DNA of 14,867 nucleotides from a virus (Duplodnaviria; Heunggongvirae; Uroviricota; Caudoviricetes), in the IMG/VR virus record IMGVR_UViG_2617270955_000010; one strand, given 5' to 3'. The notes beneath the pieces were generated by a model. It ran no database searches, had not been told where the DNA came from, and was given only the letters and a program-made list of their open reading frames with translations. Positions 1 through 8,362 of this stretch are shown here, in pieces (the stretch's first letter is position 1; the number at the start of each line of letters is the position of its first letter). A program made the position numbers and the translations under genes.

Positions 1-1542
1 ATGCCAACAGTTCCAATTTCTATGAGAAAACTTAAAGAAATTCTTAGGCTTAAATACGGTGTTGGACTCAGCCATCGACAAATTGGTCGTAGTCTTGCAA
101 TCTCCCCTTCCGTTGTATCCAGATATGCTAATCGGGCGGCTCAACTTGGCATAAAGCAGTGGCCCTTACCTACAGGATGGGATGATACAAAACTAAAACA
201 TGCGTTCCTTCAGACCCAGGTTAAGATGAAGAAGCACTCTCTGCCTGACTGGGCTACAGTACACCGGGAACTGCGTAATAAATGCGTGACGCTGCAGCTA
301 CTCTGGGAAGAATACTGTGAGCGTAATCCAGGCGGTTTTTACAGCTATAACCATTACTGCCGGATGTACCGTGAATGGCTCAAAACCACTTCACCATCAA
401 TGCGTCAGGTACATAAAGCTGGCGAAAAACTTTTCGTTGATTACTGTGGACCTACCGTTGGCGTTACCGACCCTGAGACCGGAGAAATAAGAACTGCTCA
501 GGTCATCGTAGCTGTTCTCGGGGCATCAAGTTACACATGGGCAGAGGCCACCTGGTCTCAGCAGCTTGAAGACTGGGTGATGAGTCATGTTCGCTGCTTC
601 CAGTGGTTGGGTGGCGTTCCTGAACTTGTTGTTCCGGACAATCTGAAAAGCGCCACATCCAGGGCATGTAAGTATGATCCTGACGTTAACCCTACCTACC
701 AGCAGATGCTTGAGCATTATAATGTCGCAGTTTTGCCTGCGCGGCCACGTAAACCGAAAGATAAAGCCAAAGCTGAAGTTGGCGTTCAGGTTGTTGAACG
801 CTGGATCATGGCCCGAATCAGGCATGAGATCTTCTACAGCCTTGCATCGCTTAATCAGCGCATTCGGGAGTTGCTGGAAAGACTGAATAACAAAATAATG
901 CAGAAGTTGGGTTATTCACGTGCAGAACTCTTCATCCAGCTTGATAAACCCGCACTGAAGCCTCTTCCTGAAGCCAGTTACAGTTACACCCTGGTGAAGA
1001 AAGTCAGAGTTCATGCCGATTACCACGTGGAAATCGACAAACATTACTACTCGGTTCCATGTTCGCTGTTAGGCCAGCAACTGGAAGCATGGATCTCCGG
1101 AGAACTGGTAAGACTCTTCAATCAGGGGCAGGAGGTTGCTGTGCACCCGCGCAAGCGTACTTATGGCTACAGTACCCGCAACGAGCACATGCCTGAAGCT
1201 CATCGACAGCATGCCACCTGGACGCCAGAGCGTCTTCTGGAATGGGCGGGGCACATAGGCAGTGAAACTCATAGTTATGTGCTTCATATACTGAACTCTC
1301 GTCCACATCCGGAACAAAGCTATCGCTTCTGCCTTGGACTCCTGAACCTTCATAAAAAATACAGTAAAGCCAGACTTAATGCAGCATGTGCAAGAGCTCT
1401 GAAAACAAAGGTATGGCGTCTGTCAGGTATTAAATCGATCCTGGAAAAAGGTCTGGATAAACAACCTGTTCAGGATCCAAAACCAGATCTGTTATCCACG
1501 ATGGAACACGAAAACGTACGCGGCAGTGAGTATTACCACTGA
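1..1542 (+). CDS. istA: IS21-family transposase IstA (N-terminal HTH plus DDE catalytic domain)
   Basis: 513-aa ORF. The N-terminus MPTVPISMRKLKEILRLKYG...LSHRQIGRSL is typical of IstA helix-turn-helix N-termini. It is followed 11 bp later by an IstB-type ATPase gene. The ATG is at window position 1, so the upstream IR is not visible. Confidence 0.92.
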   Translation: MPTVPISMRKLKEILRLKYGVGLSHRQIGRSLAISPSVVSRYANRAAQLGIKQWPLPTGWDDTKLKHAFLQTQVKMKKHSLPDWATVHRELRNKCVTLQLLWEEYCERNPGGFYSYNHYCRMYREWLKTTSPSMRQVHKAGEKLFVDYCGPTVGVTDPETGEIRTAQVIVAVLGASSYTWAEATWSQQLEDWVMSHVRCFQWLGGVPELVVPDNLKSATSRACKYDPDVNPTYQQMLEHYNVAVLPARPRKPKDKAKAEVGVQVVERWIMARIRHEIFYSLASLNQRIRELLERLNNKIMQKLGYSRAELFIQLDKPALKPLPEASYSYTLVKKVRVHADYHVEIDKHYYSVPCSLLGQQLEAWISGELVRLFNQGQEVAVHPRKRTYGYSTRNEHMPEAHRQHATWTPERLLEWAGHIGSETHSYVLHILNSRPHPEQSYRFCLGLLNLHKKYSKARLNAACARALKTKVWRLSGIKSILEKGLDKQPVQDPKPDLLSTMEHENVRGSEYYH

Positions 1543-1553
1543 TACGGGATCCA

Positions 1554-2303
1554 ATGATGAATCATCTTTACGAACAACTGACCGCACTTAAACTCACCGG
1601 CTTCCGTGATGCGCTTAAAAAGCAACTTGCTCAACCGGGCACATACCAGGAGCTGGGCTTCGAAGAACGCCTGTCATTACTGACAGCAGAAGAACTAACC
1701 TGCCGTGAAAACAGGAAGGCAGAGCGTCTGATCAAACATGCACGGTTCAGACTTAATGCTGAGTTATCAAAGCTGGATTATCGTAACAATAGAGGGCTGG
1801 ACAGGGCCCTCATCCGTTCACTCAGTCAGGGAAACTGGTTAACCCTGAAACAAAATATTTTACTGACCGGGGCCACCGGCAGCGGTAAAACGTTCCTGGC
1901 ATGTGCACTTGGTCATAATGCCTGCCGACAGGGATACAAGGTCTACTATTATCGCCTTAAAGCGCTGATGGAACAGTGCTATCAGGGGCATGCTGATGGA
2001 AGATACAGCAAACTTTTGACCAGGCTGAATAATAGCGATCTGCTGCTTCTGGATGACTGGGGGCTGGAACCTCTCTCATCAGAACAGCGTAGCGACCTGC
2101 TGGAAATAGTGGATCTGATGTACCAACGAGGCTCAATCATCGTAGTGAGCCAGTTGCCGGTGGAAAACTGGTACAAAATGATCGGAGACTCCACACATGC
2201 GGATGCCATCCTAGATCGACTGGTTCATGGCAGTATCAAGATCGAACTTAAAGGAGAATCAATGCGGAAAATACAATCTCCGTTGACCGAAGGAGATCAG
2301 TGA
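1554..2303 (+). CDS. istB: IS21-family helper ATPase IstB (AAA+/DnaC-like)
   Basis: 249 aa. Walker A motif GATGSGKTF and Walker B motif LLLLDDWG. Position immediately downstream of istA. Confidence 0.93.
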   Translation: MMNHLYEQLTALKLTGFRDALKKQLAQPGTYQELGFEERLSLLTAEELTCRENRKAERLIKHARFRLNAELSKLDYRNNRGLDRALIRSLSQGNWLTLKQNILLTGATGSGKTFLACALGHNACRQGYKVYYYRLKALMEQCYQGHADGRYSKLLTRLNNSDLLLLDDWGLEPLSSEQRSDLLEIVDLMYQRGSIIVVSQLPVENWYKMIGDSTHADAILDRLVHGSIKIELKGESMRKIQSPLTEGDQ

Positions 2304-2373
2304 AGGTAATTTAAAAACGGTTCTGTGAAAGTGACACGAACCGATCTCCATCGATGTTACTCACCGATCTCCT

Positions 2374-2463
2374 TCACGGTAATACGCAACCGGCGTCGAT
2401 GCCGTTCAGTTCGGCAACACGGGACAGGTAGGCATTAAATTTAAAGCGGGTTTCCTGGCGCAT
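2374..2463 (-). pseudogene. N: 5' fragment of the P2 major capsid gene N, cut by the IS21-family insertion
   Basis: The reverse strand from the ATG at 2461..2463 reads MRQETRFKFNAYLSRVAELNGIDAG, matching my recollection of the P2 gpN N-terminus. It then diverges (CVLP-stop) as it enters the IS end. It lies 58 bp downstream of the O stop, as in P2. Confidence 0.8.
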
Positions 2464-2521
2464 AGTTTTTCCTGAAATTAAGGGTTAATCGTGAAGGTTT
2501 TCCCGGACTGACTGACGCCGG

Positions 2522-3376
2522 TCAGCAGTTCGTCATCAGGGCGTCACCGCCACCACCGGTGGCCTTGCTGCGGCGCTGCTGGGTCAGACTTTCGGTGTGG
2601 TCGAGACTGTTTTTCAGGCGGGTGAATGCCTGGCTGGTTTCATCCGCCCTGTCAGTCACCTCCTGCTTAAGTGCGGAAAAGGCGGTTTCCATCTCAGAGA
2701 GGCGCTGCTCAGTGGCGCTCAGTTTTTCCTGCACATGTTCAGCAACAGCGGTCACCGCTTCATGCACGTCATTCAGACGGGCGTCATCGCTGGCCTGTTT
2801 GCGGCCAAAAATGGATTTCACCTTTTCGGTCAGGGCGGTGAACACGGTTTCAGGCAGGTCTTCAAATTCCAGCTCAACAGGCGTTGCCACTGAAATCAGG
2901 TTTTCAGGGCTTAATTTGAAGCGGTTCAGGGGGTTGTGTTTTGCCGTGCGGCAGAATTCCAGGTATTCCGTGCCGAGGCTTGCCGGGTCATCGGTGACGG
3001 CCAGACCCACCAGATAACATTTGCCGGTGTTGGCAAAGTTCGGCTGAATTTCCATTGAGGTGTAGACCTTCTGCGCGGCCTTGTTCATCGCGATAAGGTC
3101 ATCGGTCGGGGTGATTTTCGCAAACAGCGCCCATTTGCCTTTCAGCGCCGAATCATCGTCAATCTTTTCGGCCTTCAGTTCGGCCACATCGCCATAACGC
3201 TTAAAAATACCGTCAGGCAGGATGCCGCGCAGATGTTCCAGGTTAATGCGGCAACCATAGACTCGCGGGTCAAAGGTTTCGGCCATTTCCTGAATATCCT
3301 GCGCACTGATGACACGCCCGTCACAGGTGTCACCCTCAACGCCGATACGAAAGAATTTTGAGACTTTTTTTGCCAT
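2522..3376 (-). CDS. O: P2-type capsid scaffolding protein gpO
   Basis: 284 aa from the internal ATG at 3374..3376 (MAKKVSKFFRIGVEGDTCDGR...), giving the length I recall for P2 gpO. The longer ORF start at 3442 adds 22 residues not expected. Gene order matches P2 (O divergent from P). Confidence 0.93.
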   Translation of the reverse strand: MAKKVSKFFRIGVEGDTCDGRVISAQDIQEMAETFDPRVYGCRINLEHLRGILPDGIFKRYGDVAELKAEKIDDDSALKGKWALFAKITPTDDLIAMNKAAQKVYTSMEIQPNFANTGKCYLVGLAVTDDPASLGTEYLEFCRTAKHNPLNRFKLSPENLISVATPVELEFEDLPETVFTALTEKVKSIFGRKQASDDARLNDVHEAVTAVAEHVQEKLSATEQRLSEMETAFSALKQEVTDRADETSQAFTRLKNSLDHTESLTQQRRSKATGGGGDALMTNC

Positions 3377-3549
3377 TGTCAGGAGTCCTGAATAGTGATT
3401 AGAGGAGTCACATGTCGGCATCAGTTTCCCGACGATGCGCATCCTCCGCCATCAGTCCCGGATGGCTTATCACTGACACAACAGCACCTTAGCGAATCGC
3501 GGGGCGCGACTCAGTAGCCTTGCCGTGTATTCATCACGGCGAGGTATTC
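3377..3549. promoter_or_regulatory. Divergent late promoter region between O (leftward) and P (rightward); expected site of Ogr-type activator-dependent late promoters
   Basis: Position only: the intergenic region between the divergently transcribed morphogenesis operons of a P2-like phage. I could not confidently pick out the TGT-N12-ACA activator dyads by eye. Confidence 0.45.
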
Positions 3550-5322
3550 ATGACCATCACCACAGACACCACTCTTTTACACGACCCGCGTCGTCAGGCG
3601 GCGCTGCTGTACTGGCAGGGGTTTTCCGTGCCGCAGATTGCCGCCATGTTGCAGATGAAACGTCCGACGGTGCAGAGCTGGAAACAGCGCGACGGCTGGG
3701 ACAGCGTTGCCCCCATCAGCCGTGTCGAAATGAGTCTGGAAGCGCGACTGACCCAGCTCATCATCAAACCGCAGAAAACCGGCGGTGACTTCAAGGAAAT
3801 TGACCTGCTGGGACGCCAGATTGAACGACTGGCACGGGTAAACCGCTACAGTCAGACCGGCAACGAGGCAGACCTTAATCCGAACGTCGCTAACCGCAAC
3901 AAAGGCGGGCGTCGCAAACCGAAAAAGAATTTTTTCAGTGACGAGGCCATCGAAAAGCTGGAGCAGATTTTCTTTGAGCAGTCTTTCGACTATCAGTTGC
4001 ACTGGTATCGCGCCGGGCTTGAGCACCGCATCCGCGATATCCTGAAATCCCGCCAGATTGGCGCGACGTTTTATTTTTCCCGCGAGGCGCTGCTGCGCGC
4101 CCTGAAAACCGGTCATAACCAGATTTTTCTGTCGGCCAGTAAAACGCAGGCGTATGTGTTCCGCGAATACATCATCGCCTTTGCCCGGCTGGTTGACGTT
4201 GACCTGACCGGTGACCCGATTGTCCTGGGCAATAACGGCGCAAAACTGATTTTTCTCGGCACCAACTCCAACACCGCACAGAGCCATAACGGCGACCTGT
4301 ACGTCGACGAGATTTTCTGGATCCCGAATTTTCAGGTACTGCGTAAGGTGGCATCAGGTATGGCCTCACAGAGTCACCTGCGCTCGACCTATTTCTCCAC
4401 CCCGTCCACGCTGGCGCACGACGCCTACCCGTTCTGGTCGGGTGAACTGTTCAACCGGGGACGCGCCAGCGCCGCCGAACGCGTGGAAATCGACGTCAGT
4501 CATAACGCCCTTGCCGGAGGTCTTCTCTGTGCGGACGGCCAGTGGCGGCAGATTGTCACCATTGAGGACGCCCTGAAAGGCGGCTGCACGCTGTTCGACA
4601 TTGAGCAGCTCAAACGTGAAAACAGCGCCGACGATTTTAAAAACCTGTTCATGTGTGAATTTGTTGACGACAAGGCGTCGGTGTTCCCGTTCGAGGAGCT
4701 GCAACGCTGCATGGTCGACACGCTGGAAGAATGGGAAGACTATGCGCCGTTTGCCGCCAATCCGTTCGGCTCCCGCCCGGTATGGATTGGTTACGACCCG
4801 TCACACCGTGGCGACAGCGCCGGATGCGTGGTACTGGCACCGCCGGTGGTGGCCGGTGGCAAATTCAGAATACTTGAGCGTCACCAGTGGAAAGGCATGG
4901 ACTTTGCCACCCAGGCGGAATCCATCCGCAAACTCACCGAAAAATATAACGTCGAATACATCGGTATTGATGCCACCGGCCTCGGTGTCGGCGTGTTCCA
5001 GCTCGTGCGCTCGTTCTATCCCGCCGCGCGCGATATCCGCTACACACCGGAAATGAAAACCGCAATGGTGCTCAAGGCAAAAGACGTTATCCGTCGTGGC
5101 TGTCTGGAATATGACGTCAGCGCCACCGACATCACCAGCTCGTTTATGGCTATCCGCAAGACCATGACCAGCAGCGGACGCAGCGCCACCTATGAGGCCA
5201 GCCGCAGCGAGGAAGCCAGCCACGCCGACCTCGCCTGGGCGACCATGCACGCCCTGTTAAATGAGCCACTCACCGCCGGTATCAGCACCCCGCTGACATC
5301 CACCATTCTGGAGTTTTACTGA
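3550..5322 (+). CDS. P: P2-type terminase large (ATPase) subunit gpP
   Basis: 590 aa from the ATG at 3550 (MTITTDTTLLHDPRRQAALLYWQGFSVPQIAAM...), preceded by GAGG. The longer ORF from 3520 adds 10 residues. The stop overlaps the Q start (ATGA). Confidence 0.93.
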   Translation: MTITTDTTLLHDPRRQAALLYWQGFSVPQIAAMLQMKRPTVQSWKQRDGWDSVAPISRVEMSLEARLTQLIIKPQKTGGDFKEIDLLGRQIERLARVNRYSQTGNEADLNPNVANRNKGGRRKPKKNFFSDEAIEKLEQIFFEQSFDYQLHWYRAGLEHRIRDILKSRQIGATFYFSREALLRALKTGHNQIFLSASKTQAYVFREYIIAFARLVDVDLTGDPIVLGNNGAKLIFLGTNSNTAQSHNGDLYVDEIFWIPNFQVLRKVASGMASQSHLRSTYFSTPSTLAHDAYPFWSGELFNRGRASAAERVEIDVSHNALAGGLLCADGQWRQIVTIEDALKGGCTLFDIEQLKRENSADDFKNLFMCEFVDDKASVFPFEELQRCMVDTLEEWEDYAPFAANPFGSRPVWIGYDPSHRGDSAGCVVLAPPVVAGGKFRILERHQWKGMDFATQAESIRKLTEKYNVEYIGIDATGLGVGVFQLVRSFYPAARDIRYTPEMKTAMVLKAKDVIRRGCLEYDVSATDITSSFMAIRKTMTSSGRSATYEASRSEEASHADLAWATMHALLNEPLTAGISTPLTSTILEFY

Positions 5323-6356
5323 TGAGCAAGAAAAAAGGGAAAACACCGCAACCTGCGGCAAAAAAAATGACTGCCAGCGCCCCGAAAATGGAGGCATTCA
5401 CCTTTGGTGAGCCGGTGCCGGTGCTCGACCGCCGTGACATTCTGGATTACGTCGAATGCATCAGTAACGGCAGATGGTATGAGCCGCCGGTCAGCTTTAC
5501 CGGTCTGGCAAAAAGCCTGCGTGCTGCCGTGCATCACAGCTCACCGATTTACGTCAAACGTAATATTCTGGCTTCAACGTTTATCCCGCATCCATGGCTT
5601 TCCCAGCAGGATTTCAGCCGCTTTGTGCTGGATTTTCTGGTATTTGGTAATGCATTTCTGGAAAAGCGTTACAGCACCACCGGTAAGGTCATCAGACTGG
5701 AAACCTCACCGGCAAAATATACCCGCCGTGGTGTGGAAGAGGATATTTACTGGTGGGTGCCGTCCTTCAACGAGCCGACAGCCTTCGCGCCCGGCTCCGT
5801 GTTTCACCTGCTGGAGCCGGATATTAATCAGGAGCTGTACGGCCTGCCGGAATATCTCAGCGCCCTTAACTCTGCCTGGCTGAATGAGTCGGCCACGCTG
5901 TTCCGCCGCAAGTATTACGAAAATGGCGCCCATGCCGGATACATCATGTACGTCACCGATGCCGTGCAGGATCGCAACGATATCGAAATGCTTCGCGAAA
6001 ACATGGTTAAGTCGAAAGGCCGCAACAACTTTAAAAATCTGTTTCTCTATGCGCCACAGGGGAAAGCTGACGGCATTAAAATTATCCCCCTCAGTGAAGT
6101 AGCGACGAAGGACGATTTTTTTAATATCAAAAAAGCCAGCGCCACTGACCTGCTGGACGCGCACCGCATCCCCTTTCAGTTGATGGGGGGCAAGCCGGAG
6201 AACGTCGGGTCGCTGGGTGATATTGAGAAAGTGGCAAAGGTCTTTGTCCGCAATGAGCTTATCCCGTTACAGGACAGGATCCGCGAGATAAACGGCTGGC
6301 TCGGTCAGGAGGTCATCCGCTTTAAAAACTACTCACTGGACACCGACAACGGCTGA
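5322..6356 (+). CDS. Q: P2-type portal protein gpQ
   Basis: 344 aa, MSKKKGKTPQPAAKK...; translationally coupled to P; followed by an intrinsic terminator and the cos site, as in P2. Confidence 0.93.
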   Translation: MSKKKGKTPQPAAKKMTASAPKMEAFTFGEPVPVLDRRDILDYVECISNGRWYEPPVSFTGLAKSLRAAVHHSSPIYVKRNILASTFIPHPWLSQQDFSRFVLDFLVFGNAFLEKRYSTTGKVIRLETSPAKYTRRGVEEDIYWWVPSFNEPTAFAPGSVFHLLEPDINQELYGLPEYLSALNSAWLNESATLFRRKYYENGAHAGYIMYVTDAVQDRNDIEMLRENMVKSKGRNNFKNLFLYAPQGKADGIKIIPLSEVATKDDFFNIKKASATDLLDAHRIPFQLMGGKPENVGSLGDIEKVAKVFVRNELIPLQDRIREINGWLGQEVIRFKNYSLDTDNG

Positions 6357-6359
6357 ACA

Positions 6360-6381
6360 TCGCCGCCTGCGGGCGGCTTTT
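6360..6381 (+). terminator. Rho-independent terminator of the P-Q operon
   Basis: GC hairpin GCCGCC-tgcg-GGCGGC (6360..6375) followed by TTTTTT (6376..6381), 4 nt after the Q stop codon. Confidence 0.7.
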
Positions 6382-6525
6382 TTACACCCCGTCATCACGC
6401 CCTCACACGCTCACCACCGCACAAAACCCCCCGCAGACACACCAACGCCCCGGCGCACAATCCAAACGCCGTCACGACGCGCTGAGACGCTGAAAAAATA
6501 AAATCAGCACCACCGCCAGCGCGCA

Positions 6526-6544
6526 GTGCTTTCCCCGCCTCGCC
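6526..6544. other. P2-type cos site (19-nt cohesive end)
   Basis: GTGCTTTCCCCGCCTCGCC is the reverse complement of the P2 cohesive end GGCGAGGCGGGGAAAGCAC as I recall it. It lies next to Q, where cos sits in P2. Confidence 0.7.
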
Positions 6545-6661
6545 CGCCCGCTTCGTGGGACGATTTTAATGCAGTTGCCCGCATTAGCTGAATCCGCGCC
6601 AGAACAGACATTATGGATATGTCAATACGAACTTATTGACGTGCAAAATCATGCAATCAAG

Positions 6662-6694
6662 CGCAAAAAAAAACCGCCTTCAAAGAGGCGGTTT
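6662..6694 (-). terminator. Rho-independent terminator of the cargo operon
   Basis: On the minus strand: a 9-bp stem AAACCGCCT / AGGCGGTTT (6671..6679 and 6686..6694) with a 6-nt loop, followed by a run of about 9 U. It lies 16 nt downstream of the kinase-HIRAN stop codon. Confidence 0.75.
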
Positions 6695-6709
6695 ATGTTA
6701 TCCCATTGA

Positions 6710-8353
6710 TTAAGATCTACATTCAACTAAAAGGTACACTAATGGACGTTCTGGCGTCCCATTCTTCTTTGCAACAAAAGCAGATATTTTGTGTTTTGCT
6801 ATTTTTTGCTTGAGTTTTTTACATAACACTTTGTTTATATAACCAAGTTTCCCGCTCTCATGAACAACAGCTATAGCATGTGGATCAACCGGGTTATCCT
6901 CTTCAGGAACAAGCTTGACCAAATCACCGACCATTACTTTCGACAAATCAAGCCCTTCCTGATAACGAGTTCCTGCCACTTCAAAAAGAAGCTCACCTTC
7001 ACTATTAAGAATTTCTGGATCTGGCACCAAACAAAAACCATCGCCAGGTGATTTTGCTCCTGTATATCCTAACAGCGCAAAATCAGAGCCTTCAAATGGA
7101 TGGGGGAGCAAATGTTGAGCCAGATACTCAGCAAAGTCTTTTCTTTTCCGTGGTGGTAAACGCCGAACAAACGGGTCAAGCACGTTGTTCGTATGTTCTT
7201 CACTTTTCAGACTAAATGCGGGATGTCCTGCAAACCCTTTCTCTTGGGCTTTAGCATAATCTTCTGACTGAAAATGGTATGTGAAGACGTAGTTATCCCC
7301 TTGCTGACGATCAATCTGACCAACAACATAACGAGTACCGCCTGTGGGTGGCTGCCATGTAAGAAGCAACCGAGTAGGCTCCATTATTCTGTTTATAGTA
7401 CGCATATTTAGAATCAGTGATAACCTTAGGTATCTACGCCTCAATAAACGAATCGTCCAATCCGCTCGTTCCCTAGTGAACGGCACATCGGAGCTAATTT
7501 CGCAAAGTGAATCTATCTTGTCGACCAGTTCCTGAAAATCAAATTCAAGTCTCCGGGCCAAGTACGCTTTTGACTGCTCATCAAGAGCCAAATCCTGTAT
7601 AGAAGAAATATGACCTAATCGTTCATGCGTGTCTGCCCGATTCTTCCGCAAATGATGACAACCACGCTGTATGTATTCATCTACATTTTGATGGTTCCAT
7701 CCTCTGATCCTCTCTACATACCTTTCATGCCCCAAACTAGTACCATTATCGAAATATGGTGCGAGATATCCCTTCACTTTAGGTGGCGTTATGCCTGGTG
7801 CAGATTCAGGTACAAAAACAAAACCCCAATTCTCTTGGTGTCTATCACTATTACCGATGAGCGCATCAAAAAGCAGCATATCGTAAAGCCATTGGATCCA
7901 GTCTGGAGAGATCAGGCCGCGGATACTAAAAGCCCTACAAATTAAGCGTAGATCAACAAGGTTATGGTGTCTTCCGGAAGAGTCATCAAAATCCGATATC
8001 AACACATGAAAAAAATCAGACGCATGAACAAATAACTGGCTACTTTGATCGTAAAACCACTCAAGCAAAGCTCCATATTCGTATTCACCGTTCTCCATCA
8101 TTCTTCGCGCTGGCAATGCTTTAGGAACAGGAACGCCCATAACATCTCCAACTATATAAGCAACGGTTTCCATCCAGTACTGATCGGGATAAGCATCTCT
8201 TGAGAGTTTAAAAAGATAAGGCCATTCCGGTTTTATCCCCTCAGGAGCATCATTCGGTGACCAAAGCATTTTTTTATCCCTCGCTCCTCGAGGAAAAATG
8301 CCATGCTCATCATCTTTACGCCAACTAGTTACATCTATTAAATTGATATCCAT
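6710..8353 (-). CDS. HipA-family (HipA_C-like) Ser/Thr kinase core fused to a C-terminal HIRAN domain; candidate defence effector/sensor
   Basis: 547 aa. Kinase motifs: P-loop-like GARDKK (aa 23-28), catalytic loop LIGNSDRHQENWGF (D170/H172/N175; HipA DxHxxN motif), and metal-binding APYFDNGTS (D202; compare HipA AP-YD--S). C-terminal ~93 aa (aa ~455-547), ...AGTRYQEGLDLSKVMVGDLVKLVPEEDNPVDPHAIAVVHESGKLGYINKVL..., fits the HIRAN pattern (G-x-x-Y, L-x-x-E-x-x-N-P-x-D-x-x-A-I, G-Y-I). The start is 9 nt after the exonuclease stop (operon). Domain calls are from motif recognition only. Confidence 0.8.
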   Translation of the reverse strand: MDINLIDVTSWRKDDEHGIFPRGARDKKMLWSPNDAPEGIKPEWPYLFKLSRDAYPDQYWMETVAYIVGDVMGVPVPKALPARRMMENGEYEYGALLEWFYDQSSQLFVHASDFFHVLISDFDDSSGRHHNLVDLRLICRAFSIRGLISPDWIQWLYDMLLFDALIGNSDRHQENWGFVFVPESAPGITPPKVKGYLAPYFDNGTSLGHERYVERIRGWNHQNVDEYIQRGCHHLRKNRADTHERLGHISSIQDLALDEQSKAYLARRLEFDFQELVDKIDSLCEISSDVPFTRERADWTIRLLRRRYLRLSLILNMRTINRIMEPTRLLLTWQPPTGGTRYVVGQIDRQQGDNYVFTYHFQSEDYAKAQEKGFAGHPAFSLKSEEHTNNVLDPFVRRLPPRKRKDFAEYLAQHLLPHPFEGSDFALLGYTGAKSPGDGFCLVPDPEILNSEGELLFEVAGTRYQEGLDLSKVMVGDLVKLVPEEDNPVDPHAIAVVHESGKLGYINKVLCKKLKQKIAKHKISAFVAKKNGTPERPLVYLLVECRS

Positions 8354-8362
8354 ATCTTACGG

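Larger units (their letters stand above)
1..2388 (+). mobile_element. IS21-family insertion sequence, partial (left end lies upstream of the window). The right end is placed at about 2388, where homology to phage gene N begins; the terminal region 2338..2388 carries repeated CCGATCTCC motifs and ends in CA.
   Basis: Adjacent istA (513 aa) and istB (249 aa) ORFs in IS21 arrangement. Direct repeats of CCGATCTCC at 2341..2349 and 2364..2372 are consistent with the multi-repeat terminal IstA-binding sites of IS21-family ends. The reverse-strand N reading frame matches P2 gpN for 25 codons and then diverges at 2388/2389. Confidence 0.85.

Noticed and set aside
2559-3017. 152-aa and 98-aa plus-strand ORFs overlapping gpO
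   Set aside because: Antisense shadow ORFs within the scaffold gene; Ser/Ala/Arg-rich low-complexity translations.
3577-4287. 236-aa ORF, and several 60-150-aa ORFs, antisense to terminase gene P (3525..5250 region)
   Set aside because: They lie entirely inside and opposite the well-supported P coding sequence, have no recognisable motifs, and are typical GC-rich shadow frames.
6384-6525. C/A-rich, low-complexity tract after the Q terminator; considered as a possible repeat array or CRISPR-like element
   Set aside because: No periodic repeat-spacer structure. It is the noncoding cos-proximal region expected next to Q in P2-like phages.
6860-7945. Three 63-106-aa plus-strand ORFs inside the kinase-HIRAN gene
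   Set aside because: Antisense to a long, motif-supported CDS; their translations are low-complexity; no start context.
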